Shown: one piece after another, positions 21,269 through 29,350 of the stretch
Layout: each line of letters starts with the position of its first letter
Numbering within the stretch: the first letter of the stretch is position 1
Assembly (NCBI GenBank): GCA_035299225.1
Contig: DATGXB010000239.1
Location: 1-29,350 of the forward strand
Origin: Nostocaceae cyanobacterium
GTDB lineage: Bacteria > Cyanobacteriota > Cyanobacteriia > Cyanobacteriales > Nostocaceae
Length of the DNA: 29,350 nt
Reading direction: 5' to 3'
The notes under the pieces: model-generated
Database searches by the model: none
What the model was told of the DNA's origin: nothing
The model's input: the letters and a program-made list of their open reading frames with translations, nothing else
Made by a program: the position numbers and the translations under genes

Positions 21269-21475
21269 ATGGCTAATCCAATCTATCAAACAAAACTCGC
21301 ACCTTGGGCAGTATTCCAAATTTCATTTCCCGGATCACCCAACAAACTCGTTAACCGATACCGCAACCGCAACGACGCTGAGGCTTATGCTAAACTTCTC
21401 ACCCGTTCCACCGGTCACAATTATCAAGTAATTTTTGACCGAGGTGAAACTCTACCAACTTCACCAAATTTATGA
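21269..21475 (+). CDS. small conserved-looking hypothetical protein
   Basis: I prefer the ATG at 21269 (MANPIYQTKLAPWAVFQISF...RYRNRNDAEAYAKLL...YQVIFD), giving 68 aa. It starts 10 nt after the HetP-like stop. Confidence 0.45.
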   Translation: MANPIYQTKLAPWAVFQISFPGSPNKLVNRYRNRNDAEAYAKLLTRSTGHNYQVIFDRGETLPTSPNL

Positions 21476-21504
21476 TTTTTTACTAATTCCATTTGTTCAC
21501 CATC

Positions 21505-21642
21505 CCACCTGAGAATAAATTCTCAGGCTAATAGCAGAAGTCGGCTCAAGCCGACTCAATCAACTGATTTAAACTATGCTTGATTGAACTAGTAAGCTTT
21601 AGCTTACTTAATCTATGAGCCTCAGAATTCATTCTGAGGTGG
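21505..21642. mobile_element. hairpin-rich MITE-like element (138 nt)
   Basis: The terminal inverted repeats ccacctgagaataaattctcaggct and agcctcagaattcattctgaggtgg match at 22 of 25 positions, and each is a hairpin. Internal hairpins are agtcggc-tca-agccgact and gtaagc-ttt-agcttac. The architecture is the same as the element at 19121-19232. Confidence 0.6.
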
Positions 21643-21845
21643 TTTTGTTTTGATAAGACAATCTTTTTATCAAGCAAAAGCATAGACTTTTGAACTTTAC
21701 CACAAAATGGCAAGAATCTCTAAATTGAGATTCCCTGAGCAAGCCTAGAAGGTTGATTCCAAAATATATAACGGTTTACCCTCCCTATTTTGTGATGTTG
21801 CACTAGACTAAATCTTATAGTGGTTCTTCATATTTCTATAAACTG

Positions 21846-24182
21846 GTGCAAGAGGATTTTCGCTTAATTGTTGACTTAGTTTGCGTTTTTGCTGTCGCCG
21901 CCTGCGGTGGACTGTTGGCAGCACTCGTAAAACAACCTGTATTACTGGGTTATTTGATTGGTGGGATGATAGTCGGCCCCACTGGACTGGGATTAATTAA
22001 AGAAGTTGTGCAGGTGGAAACCTTAGCGCAATTTGGCGTGGCTTTTTTGCTGTTCGCTTTAGGTGTGGAATTTTCCTTGGCGGAACTCAAGAAAGTAAGA
22101 GCGATCGCTCTCGGTGGTGGTATCCTGCAAATAACTCTCACAATCCTAATTACTGTCATCGTTTGCGGCGTTACAGGCTTTTGGGGAGCTTTACCCGCTA
22201 AAGGTGTGTTTTTAGGATCAATCCTTTCCCTCTCTTCTACGGCGGTTGTCCTCAAGTGCTTGATGGAACGCAACGAAACCGAAACCCCACACGGTCAGGT
22301 GATGTTGGGGATTTTGGTTGTTCAAGATTTAGCACTGGGTTTAATGTTGGCGGTTTTACCAGCACTACACCAACCACCAGAATTAATTGGTTTAGCAGTG
22401 CTCAAAGCTATAGCGAGTATTGCTTTATTCGGTGCTGGGGCTGTAGTAGCAGGGATTTGGTTAATACCTCCTTTGCTGCGTTTGTTAGCTAAAACCGAAA
22501 GCCGAGAATTATTTTTATTAGGTGTAGTAGCCCTGTGTTTAGGTATTGCCTTACTCACCGAACATTTAGGTTTATCTATTGAAATGGGGGCGTTTGTCGC
22601 CGGGTTAATGATTTCAGAAGTAGAATATGCTGATGAAACTTTAACTTATGTCGAACCATTACGAGATATTTTCGCCAGTTTGTTCTTCGCTTCTATTGGA
22701 ATGTTAATTGATCCAGTTTTTCTATTGAAAAATATAGAATTAATCTTGGGTTTAGTTGCTCTAGTTTTTGTGGGTAAATTTTTAATTATTACCCCCTTAG
22801 TGAAATTATTCCGTTATCCATTAAAAACAGCTTTAATTGCTGGTTTGGGATTATCCCAAATAGGGGAATTTTCCTTTGTTTTGGCTAGTGAAGGTCAAGT
22901 TTTAGGGTTAGTTTCCCGGAGAATATATTTACTGATTTTGGGAACAACCGCAGTAACTTTAATCATTACGCCGTTTATCCTGCGATTAGTCCCATTTTTA
23001 TTTAACTTTGCGGAAACTATGCCCTGGTTAAAGCCATTTTTAACTGATGATCAAGCGCGAGATTTTTCTGAGGATTTACCGTTCAAGGATCATATAGTTG
23101 TTTGTGGTTATGGGCGAGTTGGCAAAAATTTAGTTAAACTTTTACAGCAATATCAATTACCTGTAATTGTCATAGACCAATCAGAAAGCCGGATTCAACA
23201 AGTACGAGATGCGGGAATCCCTTATGTTTACGGTAATGCGGTTAGTTTTCATGTTCTGGAAACGGCTGGGGTAAATAGTGCTAAAGCAATGGCGATCGCT
23301 CTTCCTGATCCTGCTAGTATTCGTTTATGCTTAAAACGGGCTTTGGAATTATCCCCAGAGTTAGATTTAGTTGTCCGTGCGACCCAAGACCGCAATATTG
23401 AGGTTTTATACCAATTAGGTGCGAAGGAAGTCGTACAGCCGGAATTTGAAGCAAGTTTAGAAATGGCTACCCATGTTCTAACAGCTGTGGGTTTTTCCCT
23501 GGAGGTTGTACAGGACAAAATGGCGCAAATCCGTACCGATCATTATTTATACTTACGTCCAGAACAAACCCCAGCCCAGGTTTCCCAACATTTAAACCAA
23601 GTTACCCGTGACTTAAATCGGCGTTGGTATGATTTACCGATTAATTCTCCTTTAGTTGGTATGACTTTAGAAGAAGCCGATATGCGCTATTTAACGGGAG
23701 TGAGTTTAATGGCCATTCGTCGCGCCAATGGAGAGGAGATAGACTATCCTAATCAACAGACTAAACTGGAAATGGGCGATCGCCTTTTAGTAGTTGGAGA
23801 AGCCGACGAACTAGCCGCATTAGCAGAATTTGCCAAAGGACAAATAGCCATTCCTCATCAAGATTCTGCTTGTCAGTGGGTAACAGTCCAAGCTTATTCT
23901 CCCATTTTAGGCAAAACTTTAGCAGATTTAATAGAAAGCGAACAGCAACTAATTACAATTCAAGCCATCCGTCGAGATGGCCGCTTTATCCGTTCTCCTC
24001 AAAGTAATATGGACTTCCGCACAGGTGATCAAGTTCTAATTTGTGGTAGCTTGCCAAATGTCAATCAACTGCAACAATTATTTACTACCTCCTGTACTTT
24101 GCCTGTAGCGATTCCTGTAGTTAAATCGGAAGAAGTGGAAAAATTAGAACAACTTTTCCCCCTGGAAGAAACCCAAAACTAA
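21846..24182 (+). CDS. CPA2-family monovalent cation:proton antiporter (Kef/YbaL-like) with one RCK-N (TrkA-N) and two RCK-C (TrkA-C) domains
   Basis: The first ~390 aa are polytopic membrane sequence with the LGYLIGGMIVGP start typical of Kef/CPA2. A Rossmann motif VVCGYGRVG follows, then two repeats of ...L.G.TL.E......G....AI.R....I..P......GD.L...G. The start is a GTG. Confidence 0.9.
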   Translation: MQEDFRLIVDLVCVFAVAACGGLLAALVKQPVLLGYLIGGMIVGPTGLGLIKEVVQVETLAQFGVAFLLFALGVEFSLAELKKVRAIALGGGILQITLTILITVIVCGVTGFWGALPAKGVFLGSILSLSSTAVVLKCLMERNETETPHGQVMLGILVVQDLALGLMLAVLPALHQPPELIGLAVLKAIASIALFGAGAVVAGIWLIPPLLRLLAKTESRELFLLGVVALCLGIALLTEHLGLSIEMGAFVAGLMISEVEYADETLTYVEPLRDIFASLFFASIGMLIDPVFLLKNIELILGLVALVFVGKFLIITPLVKLFRYPLKTALIAGLGLSQIGEFSFVLASEGQVLGLVSRRIYLLILGTTAVTLIITPFILRLVPFLFNFAETMPWLKPFLTDDQARDFSEDLPFKDHIVVCGYGRVGKNLVKLLQQYQLPVIVIDQSESRIQQVRDAGIPYVYGNAVSFHVLETAGVNSAKAMAIALPDPASIRLCLKRALELSPELDLVVRATQDRNIEVLYQLGAKEVVQPEFEASLEMATHVLTAVGFSLEVVQDKMAQIRTDHYLYLRPEQTPAQVSQHLNQVTRDLNRRWYDLPINSPLVGMTLEEADMRYLTGVSLMAIRRANGEEIDYPNQQTKLEMGDRLLVVGEADELAALAEFAKGQIAIPHQDSACQWVTVQAYSPILGKTLADLIESEQQLITIQAIRRDGRFIRSPQSNMDFRTGDQVLICGSLPNVNQLQQLFTTSCTLPVAIPVVKSEEVEKLEQLFPLEETQN

Positions 24183-24187
24183 AAAGA

Positions 24188-24226
24188 ATGTAGAGATATA
24201 CGCACAATCTCTACATCTTCCATTTT
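24188..24226 (+). terminator. intrinsic terminator candidate after the antiporter gene
   Basis: A perfect 10-bp stem (atgtagagat at 24188-24197 with atctctacat at 24207-24216) encloses a 9-nt loop and is followed by cttccatttt. Confidence 0.5.
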
Positions 24227-24440
24227 GAACTTTCAATTTATTTCCCCTAACCCACCCTCACCAATACAATAGATCAACATACGGTAGTGACATTAACAAT
24301 TCCCTGTTACTTCTAACAATGCTGGGCATAACTTGTAATATTTTGTGTTGCCCCACACTATCTTGAGAGAAAGATCAGGATACAACTTTCCCAGTTGCCG
24401 GGCTATGTTCGCTCCTACTGTCTTGGCTACCAACTGGAAT

Positions 24441-24899
24441 TTAATCCAGCAATTCTGTTAACCAGTTTAATTCCTGAATTTTAGTATCTAATTCCCTTCC
24501 TTGTCTAGCTAAATCATCCATTTGGGTTTGCAGTTCAGCAATATTAACAGTGCTAAAAGTCTTGATTTCTGAGGAACTATAACGGTCTTGATAGACAACA
24601 CCCGCATTAATTAAAGAATTGTAAACACCCCGTTTTAGTAAAATTGTATCCCTCTGCGCTAAAGCATCGGATATCGTTAAACCTGGTTCTACACTGGTAG
24701 TAGAATTAGTTTTATTGATTCTTTTAATTAGATTGGTTAATTCATTAATAGCATTATCTAATTCCGTCAAAAGTGTTTGGGGGTTTTCTGGTGGTGTGTC
24801 TCCCTCTTGCACTTTAGCACTTCTAGTCAGTCTTTCCCGCAATTGTTCAATTCTTTTTTGACAATCAGCCCTTAAAATTAAAGCCTCTGCTAATTTCAT
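24441..24899 (-). CDS. DIP1984-family (septicolysin-like) protein
   Basis: The N-terminus MKLAEALILRADCQKRIEQLRERL...VQEGDTPPENP and the overall ~150-aa helical layout match this family as I remember it. Confidence 0.65.
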   Translation of the reverse strand: MKLAEALILRADCQKRIEQLRERLTRSAKVQEGDTPPENPQTLLTELDNAINELTNLIKRINKTNSTTSVEPGLTISDALAQRDTILLKRGVYNSLINAGVVYQDRYSSSEIKTFSTVNIAELQTQMDDLARQGRELDTKIQELNWLTELLD

Positions 24900-24974
24900 A
24901 ACTTTAATAACCGTCTAGTTTTTAGCAATACTTTTCACCATTTCAAATACATCAAGGTTTCTTTTGTCCTGCCT

Positions 24975-25193
24975 CTAGTTTTGCGCTTTCATGTAAACAA
25001 TAGCTTGTTTCCAGACTGTAGTTTGCTGCTCATTAGCATCTAAAATACTGACACAGTTGTGATCTTGCCAAAAAACCTTACCGATGATTAAGTCACCAGT
25101 GACAAGTTTAAATTCTACAGTTGGTTTTTCCTTAATCCAAATTTGGATTTGGCGGATGCTAGGAAGCGTAACATCAAATTCTGTGGCTGTCAT
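24975..25193 (-). CDS. hfq: cyanobacterial-type Hfq (Sm-like) protein
   Basis: The sequence LPSIRQIQIWIKEKPTVEFKLVTGDLIIGKVFWQD...VWKQAIVYMK follows the LPSVRQVQ..IK...PVE.KL.TGD..-G...WQD pattern of the Synechocystis and Anabaena Hfq proteins. The gene is divergent from dapF, as in other cyanobacteria. Confidence 0.75.
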   Translation of the reverse strand: MTATEFDVTLPSIRQIQIWIKEKPTVEFKLVTGDLIIGKVFWQDHNCVSILDANEQQTTVWKQAIVYMKAQN

Positions 25194-25270
25194 GTCTGGA
25201 AATTCTTAATGTAGGATGGAGAATATTACGTTAAAAGCTAACTACTCTTTGATAATCTATCCTGAAAAAA

Positions 25271-26110
25271 ATGGCAATCGAATTTACTAAGTATCACGGC
25301 TTGGGTAATGATTTCATTTTAATTGATAATCGCTCTTCATCTACACCCATCATTAAACCAGAGCAAGCTGTAGAATTGTGCGATCGCCATTTTGGGGTCG
25401 GTGCAGATGGTGTAATTTTTGCCTTACCTGGTGAAAAAGGTGCTGATTACACCATGCGGATTTTCAATTCTGATGGTTCAGAACCGGAAATGTGTGGTAA
25501 CGGGATTCGCTGTTTAGCAGCGTTTTTAACCGAGTTGGAAGGTGTCAACCGCACAAAAGACTATTATCGCATTCATACCTTAGCCGGTGAGATGATTCCG
25601 CAACTTACCTCCGACGGTCAAATTAAAGTAGATATGGGTTTACCTCGCTTATTAGCTGGAGAAATCCCCACCACTTTAGTGCCTGCTGACTCCAAAGTAA
25701 TTAATCAACCTTTAGAAGTTGCGGGTAAAACTTGGGATGTCACCTGTGTCAGTATGGGCAACCCTCACTGTATCACGTTTGTCGAAGATGTGGCGGCTAT
25801 TGCTTTAGAAAATTTGGGTCCTCAATTTGAAACTCATTCTGCTTTCCCCCAAAAAACCAACACTGAATTTATTCAAGTAGTGAACCGTAATTATTTAAAA
25901 ATGCGGGTGTGGGAACGGGGGGCAGGTATTACCCTCGCTTGTGGTACTGGTGCTTGTGCGTCCTTAGTTGCGGGAGTTTTGACCGAAAAATGCGATCGCA
26001 CTGCCACAATAGAATTACCCGGAGGAAACTTAGAAATTGAATGGTCAGAAGTAGACCAAAAGGTTTACATGACCGGACCCGCAGAACGAGTATTTACAGG
26101 TCAATATTAA
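25271..26110 (+). CDS. dapF: diaminopimelate epimerase
   Basis: Both catalytic-Cys regions are present (MCGNGIRC and ACGTGACA). The motifs [13 protein letters not shown] and [10 protein letters not shown] are also present, and the length of 279 aa is typical. Confidence 0.95.
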   Translation: MAIEFTKYHGLGNDFILIDNRSSSTPIIKPEQAVELCDRHFGVGADGVIFALPGEKGADYTMRIFNSDGSEPEMCGNGIRCLAAFLTELEGVNRTKDYYRIHTLAGEMIPQLTSDGQIKVDMGLPRLLAGEIPTTLVPADSKVINQPLEVAGKTWDVTCVSMGNPHCITFVEDVAAIALENLGPQFETHSAFPQKTNTEFIQVVNRNYLKMRVWERGAGITLACGTGACASLVAGVLTEKCDRTATIELPGGNLEIEWSEVDQKVYMTGPAERVFTGQY

Positions 26111-26154
26111 GGGAACAGGGAACAGGGAACAGGGAACAGGGAACAGGGAACAGG
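26111..26154. repeat. (GGGAACA)x6 heptamer array
   Basis: The array starts at the base after the dapF stop codon. Confidence 0.95.
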
Positions 26155-26178
26155 CAATAAGCTAATTAATTCTTCTTT

Positions 26179-26217
26179 CCCCTCTGCCCCTCTGCCCCCC
26201 TGCCCCCCTGCCTCCTG
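26179..26217. repeat. C-rich octamer/heptamer array (CCCCTCTG x2, CCCCCCTG x2, CCTCCTG)
   Basis: The array ends 5 nt before the stop of the convergent hydrolase gene. Confidence 0.9.
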
Positions 26218-26222
26218 CTTTA

Positions 26223-27176
26223 TCAAACCGTTTGCACCCCTGATTCCTGGCTTCTGAGTCCTGATTCTTGAATTTTGCGGTAATCTTCCAACAACGGCAT
26301 AAATTTCCGAATTAACCCAATTGTCACCGCAGGTAATTCCAAATGTGGAGTTAATCCCACATCATCCACTTGTTGGAAAAAGCGAATAGCTACCGGATTC
26401 ATTTGTGCTAAACGTCGTCCAATTTCAGGTCCAGTAAATTGTGATTTTTGTCCCCAAATAATTGCCGTAGGAGTGGTTAATTTTTGAATATAACGGGATA
26501 AATCAAAACACAAATCACCCCGGACAAAAGATAATGCCGCATATTCACCGTTAGGCTGTTGAGCCGATTGTAAATAAGCTTCGACTATTTCTTGATAAAC
26601 TCGATTAGCTTTTGCAAATTGCCTTTGTTCCAAAAAGCTGCGAATCCCTGCTTCTGTAGCAATTCCCGCATTATACAACAACTTATCAACAATTGGAAAG
26701 CTCACAAATTGAGCGAAAAAACTGCTAGTGTAATTTTGACCAAAATCAGACAGACCTGCGGGAGTAGTGAGAATTAGGGACTTAAATAAATCTGGGCGAT
26801 CGCCTGCCATCCTAATTGTAAATGCTGCCGTTAAAGAAGAGGCAATCACCGTCACAGGATTTTCACAAGTCTGCTCAATAAATTCTCGAATTGTGGTTAA
26901 ATAATCCTCAATTTTGTAATTCCGTTCCGGGTGTTCCGACCTTCCCCAGCCAATCAAATCCGGGGCAATAACTCGATATTCCGCCGCAAAAGCCGGATAG
27001 ACCTTTGACCATTCATAAGCAGAAGACCCACCCCCAAAACCATGTAAAAACACCAACGTTTCCCGTTCGGGTTTTTCCTGTTCCTCCGGCCAAGGTACAC
27101 CAACCCCAGCGTAGTATACCATTCTACCTAAAGAGGTAGCGATTGATCGTTGCTCAAATCCCAAGGGTTGTAACAT
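26223..27176 (-). CDS. alpha/beta-fold hydrolase
   Basis: The oxyanion-region motif LVFLHGFGGGSSAYEW is present, the IASSLTA nucleophile-elbow position is degenerate, and the C-terminus has GLTPHLE (His). The protein is 317 aa. The substrate is unknown. Confidence 0.8.
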   Translation of the reverse strand: MLQPLGFEQRSIATSLGRMVYYAGVGVPWPEEQEKPERETLVFLHGFGGGSSAYEWSKVYPAFAAEYRVIAPDLIGWGRSEHPERNYKIEDYLTTIREFIEQTCENPVTVIASSLTAAFTIRMAGDRPDLFKSLILTTPAGLSDFGQNYTSSFFAQFVSFPIVDKLLYNAGIATEAGIRSFLEQRQFAKANRVYQEIVEAYLQSAQQPNGEYAALSFVRGDLCFDLSRYIQKLTTPTAIIWGQKSQFTGPEIGRRLAQMNPVAIRFFQQVDDVGLTPHLELPAVTIGLIRKFMPLLEDYRKIQESGLRSQESGVQTV

Positions 27177-27246
27177 AAGCTTTTGCTAAACTTGGTAATT
27201 ACTGCTGCTGATTAGCACTAAGACTGTGAGCAAGAGACAACGACGG

Positions 27247-27287
27247 AATTTCAAAACCTGTAATTTCAAAACCTGTAATCTCAAACC
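27247..27287. repeat. 15-nt tandem repeat (aatttcaaaacctgt) x2.7
   Basis: Read directly from the divergent intergenic region between the hydrolase gene and the 27695 gene. Confidence 0.85.
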
Positions 27288-27543
27288 ATCATCAAGACTT
27301 TCTCAGAAACCTATCTACAATTCTTGTCCACCGGATGTCTAAGTGCTAACCTGATTGAGTGTTAATTTTTCTCACCTCTTTCATTATTAACCAAGATTTA
27401 ACTCTAATGCTTCTAACTATCGCTAGATAAGCAGTTTTTCATGAGATTTTTGATTTGAGAAATTCTGCTCAATACTTTCAATTTTGCTTTTAAAGGGGTA
27501 TCTTGTTGGGATATGGTGGAGAAAATCATTTTTCCCCTATACT

Positions 27544-27646
27544 TACAGCCCGTTTCAGGTAAATAAGGTACAAATTTTGGGGACGAACCCTTATACAAAG
27601 AGACTTTCAACCCTGTTCCCTGTTCCCTGTTCCCTGTTCCCTGCTG
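27544..27646 (+). repeat. 103-nt dispersed element ending in (CTGTTCC)x4, copy 2
   Basis: It matches the reverse complement of 10896-10998 at 98 of 103 positions. It ends 48 nt upstream of the GTG at 27695, in the same orientation as that gene. Confidence 0.85.
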
Positions 27647-27694
27647 TAAGTCCAAATCAAATTTTGTAACTTCGTGATTAAGTAGGTAGACACT

Positions 27695-28453
27695 GTGATC
27701 AAGGCTTCGTCTTCTTGGCTGCAATTTCTTAACCAGCTTCCAGAGATTAAAGCAGGAAGTCCAAAGCGGCAATATTTAAAGCGTTTTTCTGAACCAGGAA
27801 CGCTTTTAGGATTGCTTACCCTAATTGTAGGAATGCTAATTTGGAATTGGCGATTATTATTAGCCCTAACCGTAGGTATTGGAGTCATGTTAGGGGCATA
27901 CTCAATACAGAAAAGAAACTGGCATTTAGTTTGGACAGAAATTAGTAAGTTTTTACAAGGTGCTAATAGTCAGTTAGTTTTAGCTGTGTTTAGTGGTGGT
28001 TTTGCTACAGTTATTACTTATATAGCAGCAGTTATTTGGGTAGATGGCCATAGTCCTGAAATTGCTATTTTGGCGATCGCTCAAACTCTGCTCACATTGC
28101 TAACCTTAACTGTATTAGTCTGGCAAATCCTCAACCTCAACGGACAACAAGAACAAAACCAAATTGACCAATTATTAAATAACTTCACAGCCTCCGATCC
28201 TTTAACACGTTTGCTTGCTGTGCGTCAACTCCATAAATTAATCATCCGTCAACAGATTGACCAACATACACAGCACGATGTCATCACCTGCTTGCAAATG
28301 TTACTCCGTCGAGAAGAAGAAACCGCCATCCGTGAAGTAGCGATTGACAGCTTACAAACTTTAGATAATCTGTATAATTTATCATCTTTATCAGCCCCAA
28401 CAGCAAAACCCCTTCAACCCATCATCGCTAAAGTTAAACAAAAAGTTTATTAG
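27695..28453 (+). CDS. integral membrane protein, unknown function
   Basis: A 252-codon ORF from a GTG. It has about four hydrophobic helices (LLGLLTLIVGMLIWNWRLLLALTVGIGVML, LVLAVFSGGFATVITYIAAVIWV, IAILAIAQTLLTLLTLTVLVWQIL). The C-terminal soluble part contains a HEAT-like DPLTRLLAVRQL. The start is uncertain. Confidence 0.5.
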   Translation: MIKASSSWLQFLNQLPEIKAGSPKRQYLKRFSEPGTLLGLLTLIVGMLIWNWRLLLALTVGIGVMLGAYSIQKRNWHLVWTEISKFLQGANSQLVLAVFSGGFATVITYIAAVIWVDGHSPEIAILAIAQTLLTLLTLTVLVWQILNLNGQQEQNQIDQLLNNFTASDPLTRLLAVRQLHKLIIRQQIDQHTQHDVITCLQMLLRREEETAIREVAIDSLQTLDNLYNLSSLSAPTAKPLQPIIAKVKQKVY

Positions 28454-28459
28454 TCATTA

Positions 28460-28498
28460 GGGAACAGGGAACAGGGAACAGGGAACAGGGAACAGGGG
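28460..28498. repeat. (GGGAACA)x5 heptamer array
   Basis: The array begins 6 nt after the stop of the 27695-28453 gene. Confidence 0.95.
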
Positions 28499-28502
28499 AA
28501 AG

Positions 28503-28537
28503 TCTAAATTCAAAATTCTAAATTCTAAATTCAAAAA
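28503..28537. repeat. (TCTAAAT/TCAAAAT)x5 heptamer array
   Basis: Read directly: tctaaat tcaaaat tctaaat tctaaat tcaaaaa. Confidence 0.9.
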
Positions 28538-28547
28538 CAATAAATTA

Positions 28548-28603
28548 CTCCTGCCTCCTACCTCCTGCCTCCTGCCTCCTGCCTCCTGCCTCCTGCCTCC
28601 TAC
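28548..28603. repeat. (CTCCTGC/CTCCTAC)x8 heptamer array
   Basis: The array abuts the ftsE stop codon (cta at 28604-28606 on the plus strand). Confidence 0.95.
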
Positions 28604-29350
28604 CTAATGATTCCTGTACAACTTACCATTTTTCACCTGTATCACTGGCTGATTACACCTTCTGACTAATTGTTCATCATGGGTAGTTACAATTACCGTT
28701 GCACCAAAAGAATTTAACCGTTGTAAAATTTGGATGACTTGCCAGGAATTATCAGGATCTAAATTTCCCGTTGGTTCATCAGCTAACAGTAGTGGGGGAG
28801 TGCCAACAATTGCTCTAGCAATACTAACCCGTTGCTGTTCTCCTCCAGAAAGTTGGTCTGGGAAACGGTCAGCTTTCGATAATAAACCGACTAATTTTAA
28901 AGTTGGTTCTAAACGTCTTTGAATTTCCTTGCGTGTATACCCTTGGGCTTGTAAAACAAAAGTGACATTTTCTGCTACGGTGCGCTGGGGAATTAGTTTA
29001 TAGTCTTGAAAAACAATGCCAATACGCCGACGAAATAAGGATAAGCGATCGCCCCGCAATTTTGCCACATTCAAATCATCAACAATCACTTCTCCCTGAC
29101 TGGCTAACTCTTCACCGTATAACAGCTTTAAAAAAGTAGACTTACCAGAACCACTGGCCCCAGTAATAAATAAAAATTCTCCTTTTTTAATCTCTAAATT
29201 TACGTCTGATAATACACAAAAACCATTTTCATAAATTTTGCTAACAGACCGTAATTCTACTATTGACTTAAATTGATAATTATGATTTTCGCTATCTTGT
29301 GTTTCCTGCTCAACTGATTGAACAGTTTTTACCTGAGTTGTTAAAGGCAT
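28604..29350 (-). CDS. ftsE: cell-division ABC transporter ATP-binding protein FtsE
   Basis: Motifs present are Walker A GASGSGKST, the signature LSGGEQQRVSIARA and Walker B LLLADEPTGNLD. The overall sequence has FtsE-like features (FLKLLYGEE, RRRIGIVFQDYKLIP). The Met codon lies exactly at the window edge, so the true start could lie beyond it. Confidence 0.9.
   Translation of the reverse strand: MPLTTQVKTVQSVEQETQDSENHNYQFKSIVELRSVSKIYENGFCVLSDVNLEIKKGEFLFITGASGSGKSTFLKLLYGEELASQGEVIVDDLNVAKLRGDRLSLFRRRIGIVFQDYKLIPQRTVAENVTFVLQAQGYTRKEIQRRLEPTLKLVGLLSKADRFPDQLSGGEQQRVSIARAIVGTPPLLLADEPTGNLDPDNSWQVIQILQRLNSFGATVIVTTHDEQLVRRCNQPVIQVKNGKLYRNH

Noticed and set aside
24183-24440. Possible small RNA or tRNA in the 258-nt gap between the antiporter gene and the DIP1984-family gene.
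   Set aside because: Apart from the terminator hairpin at 24188-24216, I could find no cloverleaf-compatible arms, conserved sRNA motif or promoter/terminator pair. The evidence is insufficient.

Overview
This 29.35-kb window looks like chromosome from a filamentous, Nostocales-type cyanobacterium. The evidence is many HIP1 octamers (GCGATCGC), tandem heptamer arrays (GGGAACA, CTCCTGC, TCTAAAT), xisH/xisI, a HetP-like ORF and a cyanobacterial-type hfq divergent from dapF. All calls come from reading the sequence and recalling protein motifs; no database search was possible. (1) 290-10877, all minus strand: a NarL-type response regulator, a CHASE2 histidine kinase, a DUF928-like protein and an exported TPR-CHAT (caspase-fold) protease. 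Seven small signal-peptide proteins follow, including a ricin-type lectin, an SH3b protein and tandem paralogues. This is my best candidate for an uncharacterised system. (2) 11.2-13.1 kb: an NlpC/P60 gene that may be split by a perfect palindromic mini-element, and a PEP-mutase/isocitrate-lyase family gene carrying an in-frame 24-nt HIP1-based mini-repeat. (3) 13.2-20.2 kb: a conflict-type island with a Uma2 nuclease, an SMI1/KNR4 protein, XisH/XisI and two ParE-type toxin-antitoxin pairs. It also holds an NB-ARC/TPR STAND NTPase whose N-terminal helical module is cut off by one in-frame TGA. The island is embedded in 24-nt tandem mini-repeats, CAGGATTT repeats and hairpin-rich MITEs. (4) 20.2-21.5 kb: a ribbon-helix-helix ORF overlapping a coiled-coil ORF at a G_GGA_AAA heptamer (frameshift candidate), with palindromic operators upstream, then a HetP-like gene. 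(5) 21.8-29.35 kb: housekeeping genes (CPA2/Kef-type antiporter with RCK domains, DIP1984-family protein, hfq, dapF, alpha/beta hydrolase, a membrane protein, ftsE) separated by heptamer-repeat intergenic regions. I recognised no rRNA, tRNA, CRISPR array, integrase or transposase.
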